Shown here in pieces: positions 1 to 7,656 of a stretch of DNA of 32,000 nt; position 1 is the stretch's first letter, and each line of letters opens with the position of its first letter. The notes under the pieces are model-generated. The model was not told the origin of the DNA and made no database searches. It saw nothing but the letters and a program-made list of their open reading frames with translations. A program made the position numbers and the translations under genes. The stretch comes from Saccharolobus solfataricus (lineage in GTDB: Archaea > Thermoproteota > Thermoprotei_A > Sulfolobales > Sulfolobaceae): assembly GCF_900079115.1 (NCBI RefSeq), contig NZ_LT549890.1:3002025-3034024 (forward strand), in the 5' to 3' direction.

Positions 1-124
1 TTGCAGTTGGATTAGGTAGTACTGCGTGTGTTAGTACCATGTGAACTCCAGCCCACAATGCAGATGACATTGCCGTTATCCATCTTAATATCAACCTTGC
101 AATTCCGACTTCTTTTTCAGCCAT
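1..124 (-). CDS. 5' end of an ORF that runs off the window start (hydrophobic N-terminus, function unknown)
   Basis: Minus-strand ATG at 122-124. My own translation gives MAEKEVGIARLILRWITAMSSALWAGVHMVLTHAVLPNPTA... with no stop before the window edge. A TATA-like AATATAAATA at 144-153 lies ~25 nt upstream. Confidence 0.35.
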   Translation of the reverse strand, partial: MAEKEVGIARLILRWITAMSSALWAGVHMVLTHAVLPNPTA

Positions 125-249
125 GAGTACATTTTTCCGCAATAATATAAATAGAATTTTTCCCAAATCGATTATTGTTTTGAAACATATCAGACATTAA
201 TCAAACCCCTAAAAGAGATTTTTAAGGTATGAAATCACTTATGTAAATA

Positions 250-1035
250 ATGATAGTAACTTACCTTTCGGCACTTGAGACAATATTGGCTGGAACAACG
301 ATAGTTTTTGGTGGAATAGTAGAAGGTTATGGATATGGTTTATCGCTAGGAACTAATTGGCCCTATACTAATGATATCATGCAACTGGCTGCTAAAAAAG
401 ATCCCGAGGCAATACACAGAATTTTAGCTACACTAGTTGGAATCTTTTCTCTAGTCATATTAATAATTCATCCTACCCTTATATCAATAATTGGGTTTGT
501 GTCCGTAGTTTTCACAGCACTTTTAGGTATGGCGACACTATACGTACTAGCTGGAAAATTACCTTCAGTATTCCAAGGCTTGCATGATATAGCAGCTTAT
601 ACAACTTTCGTCTCTTACTTCCTCATTATGTTACAAGGATTAGGAATATTTAAGATAGATATAGTGTCATTTCTGATTAGCGCAATAGTTCCTCCACACT
701 TTTTATACTTCGTCATCTTTATGGGAGGTGTAGTAACTGGAACTAGAAGAATGAAATTAAAGATAGGTAGGCCATGGGAAAGAGATAAGGAGAGAAATTC
801 GTGGCTGCAAGCTGCTTGGACAATTCACGGTATAGTAGCCCTAATCTTTATAATTGCTGTTGTTCTCCTACATTACTGGTTAACATTAATTTTCACAGCT
901 TTAGAAATAATTGTCGGATTATGGGTATGGGATTCCAGCAACAGAAATCCGTTAAAACCAGGTATGTCCATTGGATTGCATCAACTATTCTCAATCCTTG
1001 TCGTAGTAGCAATAATATTGAATAGTATCAGTTGA
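250..1035 (+). CDS. Polytopic membrane protein, candidate heme A synthase (CtaA/COX15-like)
   Basis: 261 aa with about 8 hydrophobic helices. His residues sit in helices 2/4/6/8 (HRILATL, LHDIAAY, TIHGIVA, GLHQLFS), which is the heme A synthase ligand pattern. TATA-like ATTTTTAA at 218-225. The CDS is solid; the product is tentative. Confidence 0.55.
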   Translation: MIVTYLSALETILAGTTIVFGGIVEGYGYGLSLGTNWPYTNDIMQLAAKKDPEAIHRILATLVGIFSLVILIIHPTLISIIGFVSVVFTALLGMATLYVLAGKLPSVFQGLHDIAAYTTFVSYFLIMLQGLGIFKIDIVSFLISAIVPPHFLYFVIFMGGVVTGTRRMKLKIGRPWERDKERNSWLQAAWTIHGIVALIFIIAVVLLHYWLTLIFTALEIIVGLWVWDSSNRNPLKPGMSIGLHQLFSILVVVAIILNSIS

Positions 1036-1050
1036 GGTGCATTAATTCAC

Positions 1051-3363
1051 CTAATCATATTGTTGTGAATTCATCACATCCTTTAACGTTAAACCTACCT
1101 TACTATCAGCGGTTAAGTTATAATATTTTTTCATTAACTTTGATATAGCAGAATATATTAATTCGTATATATGTGTTCTATTACTACTAAGCACAGTAGA
1201 TACATAACTCCATGGCTTACCTTGAAGAACTTTAGCTATTAATACTAATTCCTCATCCTGAGTCAAACTCCAATCTCTTTCTCCATCCCAGAAATACTTT
1301 AGCGTTAACATGTGTATTCCATCAGCTGAGGATTCATATGGACTTACGCCTTGAAGAAATGATATGGTTTTGTCTAATATTATTGGACTTACATTAATGG
1401 TTTTACTAACTATCTTAGTGCTTGTCAACATTAGCCTAACTACTTCAGGGTTCATATTAAAGTATACGTCGTGTAAAGTATTAAGAAGTTTCTCTTTTAA
1501 CATATATGCGGATATTTTTACAATTTTTGTTGCAATATCACTTATAGGTCTAATAACAACAACTGGATAGTCGCCTAATTTTTCATTTTTCTTTGGTGAT
1601 ATATGAACTGGAATAAAGCCGTTCTTTATCCAGAAATTTAAAACTTTTTGATCAGACATAAAAGAAGAACCAACCCAGTCCACTCCTTTATCCCTAGCCT
1701 CTTCGTATATCATTTTCAATAGCTCACTACCAAATCCCTTATCTTGAAGTTCTGGAGCCACTGCAATTCTAACTATCCTCCACCCACGTAGCTTAGCAAA
1801 GTCCTTAATCCTAACGTGCTTTATAATTCTGTCCGGTATTAGATCACCATCAAACGTACCACCTTTTAAGGCAATATCTACCATATTATCAGAAAGTTCA
1901 CCCTCTTCGGCTATTTGACAAGCGGCAATGTACGAATTCTCCCCAATACGTATGGCCTTTATCTTATGATGAATACCATCTAACATAATCATTAAATCAT
2001 CTGGATTATTTTTGTAGTGGGCTGTTACCATTATTCCATAAATAGCTCTCAGTCTGTTATCATCATTAGCCAGTTCAGATTTATCCACATCTTCGTAAAT
2101 CATAGTATCATTAAGATACTGTGGCTCTGAAGGTTCTGCGTCAAGCAACAACGCATCATAGAGCCATTTTTCTATAGGGTCTCCCTTCGCATATCTTAAA
2201 GGTTGTTCCATATTTACCCATTTGACCCTAATCCTTTTACTTTCAATTAGTCTTCTTAAATATCTAAGAAATGCCTTATTAGAACCTTCATATCCATGTA
2301 CCGTAGTTACTAGTGCTACCTTTTTCCATGCCCTCAATGCTAAGTCTATGTAATTAATACCCAAGGCTGCGGCCTCGTCTATGATTAAAAGTTCACCCTC
2401 ATCTTCTATGGCAGCATCAGGCGGAACATACTCCAACTTGAAATAGTCGCCTCTTAAACTCTTTATATGTCCAGTATCACTAACTTTTACCGAAAGTTCC
2501 TCGCCTAAAGCTTCTAAACCTAATTTTGCGAAAGACATTACTTGAGATGCACTGGCTATTGAGGGTGCAGTAACTATTATTCTAATACTCTTCTCTTTTC
2601 TTTCCCTAAGTTTCTCTATTAACCCCGCTATAGATAGTCCGGTAGCTGCGCTTTTTCCTCTACCCCTAGCAGCTGTTAAAACTAAGGCTCTTTGTCCTCC
2701 ACTTAATAGATAAGTGAAACTCTCTATAACTCTGTTTTGATCCTCACTTAGCGATAATTCATGAATTTCTTTTGGCATTAATGGGTTTCTTGGGACTTTC
2801 TTCTCTGCCTTTGGCATTGTGTTACCAGAAAACGGCTTAGGAATATACTCGTTAACGTCAATGATAAATATCCCTTCATGCTCATACAATTTTCTTTTAA
2901 ACCTTTTCTCATATTCATCTAAAATTAAACCATTCCTCATTATTGAAGTTCTAAAAGTCTTATCCTTAATTAGATTATTTGTATAAATTATTATCAAACC
3001 CCCACCTCTAGCTAGATCAACGAGTCTACCTATATTAATTGGTTGAAAATTATCTACAGTGTCCAATATGACTAAATCATAAGTGTTACCTAAGTAGTAT
3101 TCAGCATTGGCGTAATCAATATCGTCAAATTTGGAGAAATATTCTTTTATAGTTCTCATTCTCTCTTTAGAACCACTTGCCCAAGGTACGAAACCATACG
3201 CTACTGAAGGATTTGATTTGAAGTTAAGAAATAGACTTATAATTTCCTTAACGTGATCAAAGTAGTCATCCCTCTCTATGTAAATCAAGTTCCTATAATA
3301 TCTAGTATTACCATCCTCTAATGCCTTTCTTATTTGATCATAAAACTGCTCTTTATTTACCAT
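1051..3363 (-). CDS. tmcA: tRNA(Met) cytidine acetyltransferase (TmcA/NAT10 family)
   Basis: 770 aa. Walker A motif AARGRGKSAATG in a central ATPase/helicase-like domain. GNAT acetyl-CoA motif RIVRIAVAPELQDKGFGSELL. Length and domain order are typical of archaeal TmcA. Confidence 0.85.
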   Translation of the reverse strand: MVNKEQFYDQIRKALEDGNTRYYRNLIYIERDDYFDHVKEIISLFLNFKSNPSVAYGFVPWASGSKERMRTIKEYFSKFDDIDYANAEYYLGNTYDLVILDTVDNFQPINIGRLVDLARGGGLIIIYTNNLIKDKTFRTSIMRNGLILDEYEKRFKRKLYEHEGIFIIDVNEYIPKPFSGNTMPKAEKKVPRNPLMPKEIHELSLSEDQNRVIESFTYLLSGGQRALVLTAARGRGKSAATGLSIAGLIEKLRERKEKSIRIIVTAPSIASASQVMSFAKLGLEALGEELSVKVSDTGHIKSLRGDYFKLEYVPPDAAIEDEGELLIIDEAAALGINYIDLALRAWKKVALVTTVHGYEGSNKAFLRYLRRLIESKRIRVKWVNMEQPLRYAKGDPIEKWLYDALLLDAEPSEPQYLNDTMIYEDVDKSELANDDNRLRAIYGIMVTAHYKNNPDDLMIMLDGIHHKIKAIRIGENSYIAACQIAEEGELSDNMVDIALKGGTFDGDLIPDRIIKHVRIKDFAKLRGWRIVRIAVAPELQDKGFGSELLKMIYEEARDKGVDWVGSSFMSDQKVLNFWIKNGFIPVHISPKKNEKLGDYPVVVIRPISDIATKIVKISAYMLKEKLLNTLHDVYFNMNPEVVRLMLTSTKIVSKTINVSPIILDKTISFLQGVSPYESSADGIHMLTLKYFWDGERDWSLTQDEELVLIAKVLQGKPWSYVSTVLSSNRTHIYELIYSAISKLMKKYYNLTADSKVGLTLKDVMNSQQYD

Positions 3364-3366
3364 TGC

Positions 3367-3618
3367 TTACAATTTATACTTCTTCTTTAAAGCTTCTTCT
3401 ATATCTATACCTTCTAAGTTAGCTATGGATACTGTCCAAGCTATGACATCCGCCAATTCCTCTTGGATAGAATCTAAATTATTGGAAAGAAGTGCTTCAG
3501 CTAACTCTCCTACTTCTTCTACTAGCCAAGTAAATGTAGCATAAATACCCCTTTGCGAGTCTTTCTCGAAATACATTTCCTTCATTTTTGACTGTAGTTC
3601 CTTAAGTTCCAAGTCCAA
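3367..3618 (-). CDS. Small MazG-type all-alpha nucleoside triphosphate pyrophosphohydrolase
   Basis: 83 aa. EEVGELAEAL ... ELADVIAWTVSIANLEGIDIEEAL is the paired EExxE/ExxD helix signature of MazG-like NTP-PPases. It ends 3 nt before the tmcA start. Confidence 0.8.
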   Translation of the reverse strand: MDLELKELQSKMKEMYFEKDSQRGIYATFTWLVEEVGELAEALLSNNLDSIQEELADVIAWTVSIANLEGIDIEEALKKKYKL

Positions 3619-3991
3619 TTTCCCTCCGCATCACTCTTATCTCGTTATCAGAAAAAGTTATCCTTAGCTTAATTTCCACATTAAAGCTATGATTAACGAA
3701 ATATATGTCAATCCATTTCTTATGTGAAACATTTTCAACAAATTTAGCATCTACTCCATATTCAACGGTTAATGGATTTGAAGGGTCGTCCATGATTATA
3801 TGTCTAAAAATTACCTCTCTACCTTCCCTATCTATTTCAAATAGTACTTCGACGTTCGCATTTTTAGGATAGTCTTCACTCATACATACTACTGAATCAT
3901 TACAGCACGTTAGACATAGGCCATCACTTAGATTATTCCTAACTTCTGCCGGAAATTCCATGATAGTGATAAATATTTTATGCTCAACCAA
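3602..3991 (-). CDS. Hypothetical protein (Cys-rich N-terminal patch), 17-nt overlap with the mazG-like gene
   Basis: 129-aa ORF with no motif I recognise. CLTCCNDSVVC cluster. The real start may be Met11 (MEFPAEV, coordinate 3961), which fits the TATA-like TTATTTAA (minus) at about 3990-3997 better. Confidence 0.55.
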   Translation of the reverse strand: MVEHKIFITIMEFPAEVRNNLSDGLCLTCCNDSVVCMSEDYPKNANVEVLFEIDREGREVIFRHIIMDDPSNPLTVEYGVDAKFVENVSHKKWIDIYFVNHSFNVEIKLRITFSDNEIRVMRREIGLGT

Positions 3992-4004
3992 CTATTAAAT
4001 AATT

Positions 4005-5441
4005 ATGCCTTCAGCAGTAGGTAAAAAAGTTGTCACAACGCAAAATTACATAGCAAGTTACGTTGGAGCTAAGGTTTTAGAAGAAGGGGGAAATGCGTTT
4101 GACGCTGCTATCGCAATAAGTGCTACCTTATCTGTAGTGATACCGCATACCAGTGGCCTTGGAGGTGATGGATTTCTATTAGCGAAAACACCGGAGGGTT
4201 TAATTGCTTATAATGCATCTGGCTGGGCTCCTAAGGAGTTGAAAGTAGACAAAATAAACAGTGATAGAGGTCCGCTTACTGTGGTTGTCCCTGGGTTAGT
4301 AGATCTATGGGAATTCATTTATGAAAACTACGCCTCAAAATCACTACATGAATTGCTTATTCCTGCGATTTCATTAGCGACCAATGGGTTTATGGTGGGA
4401 AGAGGATTACACCACGCAATAATAAGTTCGTTTAAATTATCTGATGATTGGAATAGGGTTTATGGAAGCAAAAGATTTGGTGATGAAATAAAGCTCAGGG
4501 GAATTGCTAAGGTCTTGAAGGAGATTTCAAAAGACCCTAGAAGTTTCTATGAAGGAAAGATCGCAGAGGAGTTAACCAAAGGATTAAGAGAAAGGGGAGT
4601 ACCAGTGAGTTATGAAGATTTTAGTGAATTTCACGGTGAGATTATAAATCCAATAAAAATGAAGTATAAGGATTTTATGCTATATGAGTTACCACCAAAT
4701 ACACAAGGACTTACTACACTAGAATTACTTAAAATGATTGAAGTAACTGAAATAAACAAATTGCCCTTCAACGACGTGAGGAGAGTAAATGATCACGTGC
4801 GATTAAGTGCACTAGCTTATGCTGATAGAAATAACTATATAGCTGATCCAAGATTTGTAAACGTGCCCGTAGAAATGTTATTATCGGAGAAGTATATTGC
4901 AAATAAGATAGCTGAATATGGATTCGAGGTAAAAGTAAACGTTACTGGAGATACAACGTTTTTCGCTGTTGCTGATGGCGAAAATGAAATTGGATTTATA
5001 CAAAGTCTATTTTATCCCTTTGGCTCTGGGATAGTGGTAAACGATATACCGTTTAACAATAGAGGTGCAGGATTTTCTGAAGGAAATAATAAACCAGAAC
5101 CTAGGAAGAGACCCTTACACACACTTTCTATACTAATGGCCGAGAAGGACGATGAGAGAATCTTTATAGGTTGTGCTGGTGGAGATCTGAGACCACAAAT
5201 CCATGCTGAAGTATTTGAGTATTATGCCGATTATAACATGGAAATTGATGAAGCAGTTCAAGCTCCTAGGTTCATGTATTTGGGAAATAAGGTTATTGCC
5301 GAAAAGAGACTCGGTGTACCTGCTACACAAACAGACTATTATTCGCCTGAGGTGGGAATAGTGCAAGCCCTAAAGTATAAGAAAGGAAGATATATCGGAG
5401 TTGCTGACATTAGAAGTGAAGGCATAGTATTACCTATTTAG
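4005..5441 (+). CDS. ggt: Gamma-glutamyltranspeptidase (Ntn hydrolase)
   Basis: 478 aa. N-terminal GGNAFDAAIA. Autoprocessing/nucleophile motif GDTTFFAVAD. C-terminal GxGG(D) and PRF motifs typical of GGT. Confidence 0.9.
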   Translation: MPSAVGKKVVTTQNYIASYVGAKVLEEGGNAFDAAIAISATLSVVIPHTSGLGGDGFLLAKTPEGLIAYNASGWAPKELKVDKINSDRGPLTVVVPGLVDLWEFIYENYASKSLHELLIPAISLATNGFMVGRGLHHAIISSFKLSDDWNRVYGSKRFGDEIKLRGIAKVLKEISKDPRSFYEGKIAEELTKGLRERGVPVSYEDFSEFHGEIINPIKMKYKDFMLYELPPNTQGLTTLELLKMIEVTEINKLPFNDVRRVNDHVRLSALAYADRNNYIADPRFVNVPVEMLLSEKYIANKIAEYGFEVKVNVTGDTTFFAVADGENEIGFIQSLFYPFGSGIVVNDIPFNNRGAGFSEGNNKPEPRKRPLHTLSILMAEKDDERIFIGCAGGDLRPQIHAEVFEYYADYNMEIDEAVQAPRFMYLGNKVIAEKRLGVPATQTDYYSPEVGIVQALKYKKGRYIGVADIRSEGIVLPI

Positions 5442-5457
5442 TTATTTTCCTTTGGAT

Positions 5458-5592
5458 CTGCTTTGTTGATCCAACTGGATATCTTTTCACAGAACTGAAC
5501 TACTATTTTCCTTCAATTAATATTCAAGGTGTACAATTTTGGCCTGTAATGCCTATTAACTCTCTGTGAAAACTCAACAGGTCCACAAAGTA
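5458..5592. mobile_element. MITE related to the ISC1058-like IS in this window (SM3-type non-autonomous element)
   Basis: ~135 bp. The left end CTGCTTTGTTGAT matches the IS right terminus: the first 10 nt from CTTTGTTGAT are identical to the reverse complement of 10408-10417. The right end TCCACAAAGTA matches the reverse complement of the IS left terminus (TCCACAAAG, 9/9). An internal segment CTATTTTCCTTCAATTAATATTCA resembles the IS subterminal CTAATTTTTCAGTAATTAATATTTA. It is flanked by a near-perfect 8-bp direct repeat, CTTTGGAT (5450-5457) and CCTTGGAT (5593-5600). Confidence 0.6.
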
Positions 5593-5611
5593 CCTTGGAT
5601 TATGAAGTCTG

Positions 5612-5641
5612 TGAGCTACCCCCTCATAAATGAGGGAGCTT
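5612..5641 (-). repeat. Imperfect palindrome just 3' of the tnpB stop (candidate IS200/IS605 right-end hairpin)
   Basis: AGCT-acc-CCCTCA taaa TGAGGG-AGCT. This gives a 6-bp stem plus a 4-bp stem separated by a 3-nt bulge, and starts 7 nt after the tnpB stop on the minus strand. Confidence 0.4.
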
Positions 5642-5647
5642 CCTGCT

Positions 5648-6896
5648 TCACAGCCCCACCTTGCCAGAGTACTGGTAGAGGGCGGAGCTCCACACTAAGG
5701 GTCGCTCCGACCCCGCACCCTTCAAAATGTTAAGAGAAGCATTATAGTCACGATCTGCAATCCAACCACAGTTGGGACAAACGAAAACACGATCAGATAG
5801 AGACAAGTCATTTTTCACATACCCGCACCTAGCACAAGTTTTGGAAGTGTATGCAGGATTAACTAGGATGAGTTTCTTTCCGTATTTTTCCAGCTGATAC
5901 TTCAGCACATCCCTCAACTCACCAAATCCCACATCACTCAGCCTCCTCCTCAGAGACCTCAAGGACTTACCCACAAGTTGTTTAGCGTGAATACCCTCCA
6001 TCACCACAACGTCATAATGCTCAGCAAACCACTTACCCAACTTCATGTAAAGATCCGTTCTTAGATTCTTCAAATACTCATAAGCCCTAGCAAGCTTAAC
6101 CTTAGCCTTAAACCAATTATTAGAGAGGAACTTCTTCCTTGAAAGCTCCCTATGAAGATGCTTCACTTTCCATAAAGCTTTCTCGTAAGGTCTCAAATTA
6201 GGAAAATACTCACCATCTGACGTTACTAACAACTTTTCTACACCAACATCTATCGCCACTACCTTACCAGTGTTAGGTAACTTGGGGAATTCGTGATCAA
6301 CTACGAAAGTGATGTATATCCTCTCAGATCTTGTTAGCTTCACTACCACCCTCTTTACTTTGTCAAGGGGAAAGTCTCGGTGAACTATTACCTTGAACGT
6401 ACCAAGATTTGATAGTTTAAGCGTTATTAGTTTCTTCTTGCTTCCTTTTCTTATTTCTCTAACGTTAGTGCTTTCAGAAAGTTTATGGCTTTAGGCAAAG
6501 GATATACCACTAAATCATAGTCTAAGAACTTTTCCAAAATACTAGTGAAGTATTTTCCAACCGCTTTGCGTATAGACAAGGGAGTAGTATTTATGAGGTT
6601 TCTTTTCTTTTGGGAAACGTGCTAAACCTTCAAAAAAACCTCTGTCTAGCTTCGTAGTAACGGTCAGCTACTTGTTGAACCACTTGCGAGTAGAGTTGCT
6701 TATACTCATCATCTTGTTTTCTCAGATCTAGAGCCAACTGTCTTAACTCAGTCTGCGTAAGTCCTTTCCCATCCCTTTGGTAAAAGTATATGTCTGCCCA
6801 CCTTAAGGTGTTGTAGATTTTGCACGCTAACTTCAACTGGGCTTTTAACGCCCTAAGGGTTTGTTCGTCAGTGTATGCACGGAAGCGAAACCCTAA
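5648..6896 (-). pseudogene. tnpB: Decayed IS200/IS605-family tnpB (OrfB, RNA-guided RuvC nuclease family)
   Basis: The 3' ORF 5648-6349 (open back to 6490) carries RuvC-I AIDVGV, RuvC-II VVVMEGI, the Zn finger CARCGY...CPNCG and Ruv[16 protein letters not shown]. The N-terminal piece, in a different frame, reads [29 protein letters not shown]...YEARQRFF (6896-6633). That frame ends at an A7 run (6632-6638). After a 1-nt shift the protein continues [29 protein letters not shown], then hits in-frame stops at 6544-6542, 6517-6515 and 6493-6491. There is no canonical start codon just upstream of LGFRFR. Confidence 0.85.
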
Positions 6897-6960
6897 GGTG
6901 GGTATTGATGTGTATTTTGTTATTTTCCTATTTTTAACTTTTCTACAAAGGGATTCATCT

Positions 6961-6989
6961 CAAAGAGGCGAAGTTTTCCGCCCCCTTTG
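6961..6989. repeat. Imperfect palindrome upstream of the tnpB remnant (candidate left-end hairpin)
   Basis: CAAAGAGGCG aagttttc CGCCCCCTTTG. This gives 9 base pairs with one small internal loop, and lies ~65 nt upstream of the tnpB N-terminal codons. Confidence 0.3.
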
Positions 6990-7097
6990 AACCCCCGTCT
7001 GTTATAAACATAATACGCAATCATAGGTCAGATTGACTACAGATGATAGCTTATATGGCTGAAATGTAGTATAAAAATACCTAAGACGTACTGGTGT

Positions 7098-7290
7098 TTA
7101 CCCGTGGCGTAACTTCTGCTTACTTTTAACCACTTCTAATTCCGCCACGGGCACCCCTCTTGAGGGCTCATACACACTCACCCTCAACTCATTGGGGCTA
7201 GTCGAGGGAAACACCACTACCCTCCCATCCGTATTTGTCGCCCCCAATACCTCGTGAGCATAGCCCGTCATCAGTATGGAGTTCATCAAT
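7098..7290 (-). other. G+C-rich, hairpin-dense island: candidate structured RNA or IS remnant. It coincides with a 63-aa ORF (7098-7289, minus) of unknown validity.
   Basis: Hand count gives 36/60 G+C in 7141-7200 and 35/60 in 7201-7260, against AT-rich flanks. There is a perfect 9-bp stem CCCGTGGCG(7101-7109)/CGCCACGGG(7143-7151). There is a 7-bp stem TTGAGGG(7160-7166)/CCCTCAA(7181-7187), extendable by a G.U pair only on the minus-strand transcript. A further helix TTGGGG(7192-7197)/CCCCAA(7242-7247) encloses GAGGG(7204-7208)/CCCTC(7220-7224). Confidence 0.35.
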
Positions 7291-7656
7291 TTATAATGTA
7301 GAGGAAATAATATATAAACATAATCATAATAAAGATCATATTGTGAAATGATTAAAAGTATTTAAAAGTTATGCAAATGTGTTACAGTCTCCAACATTTG
7401 GAATCTTATTGGTTAAGATTGCCCATAGAGCGGGGAATATTTAGTAGATCATAATGAAGCCTAGGAATACTATATACAAGCCAAGAAGTTGACACTAATT
7501 CATGAAAATTCAGTAAAGATAAAGAGCATAACAAGTATGGGCAAATAAGACTAATGGCGCTAATGGAAAATTCTAACTTCTCACGCAAGAGTCTTAGGAA
7601 TCTTCAAGCTAACTATATATTATATTATACAAAATTTTATTTTTACTATTTCTATT

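Noticed and set aside
801-1025. 74-aa ORF in an alternative frame inside the 250-1035 membrane-protein gene
   Set aside because: It is fully nested in a longer ORF with coherent TM architecture and has a low-complexity, Cys/Asn-rich translation. It is a shadow ORF.
1364-1570. 68-aa antisense ORF inside tmcA
   Set aside because: It lies opposite a well-supported 770-aa gene, and its hydrophobic translation is typical of antisense AT-rich coding DNA.
5133-5366. 77-aa antisense ORF inside ggt
   Set aside because: It is nested antisense to a strongly supported gene and has no motifs.
6632-6638. Programmed -1/+1 frameshifting at the A7/T7 run to express full-length TnpB
   Set aside because: After the shift the frame still meets three stop codons (6544-6542, 6517-6515, 6493-6491), so slippage alone cannot restore the protein.
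6941-6951. CTACAAAGG resembling an ISC1058/MITE terminus
   Set aside because: Only about 8 nt of similarity, and no partner end at MITE distance; the position ~130 nt upstream falls inside the tnpB N-terminal coding region.
7098-7290. tRNA (possibly intron-containing), RNase P RNA, SRP RNA or H/ACA sRNA in the G+C-rich island
   Set aside because: There is no T-loop GTTCRANYC, and the 6-7-bp outer helix encloses only ~45 nt with no cloverleaf. There is no GAGGAAAGTCC-type RNase P CR-I and no resemblance to the Sulfolobus 7S RNA 5' end as I remember it. The 9-bp hairpin has an ACA 3 nt downstream (minus strand), but its 33-nt loop has no upper stem or K-turn, so it is not a canonical H/ACA unit.
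7406-7588. 60-aa ORF on the minus strand in the long spacer
   Set aside because: It has no upstream TATA/start context, a low-complexity Leu/Ser-rich translation and no motif. It is most likely a chance ORF.
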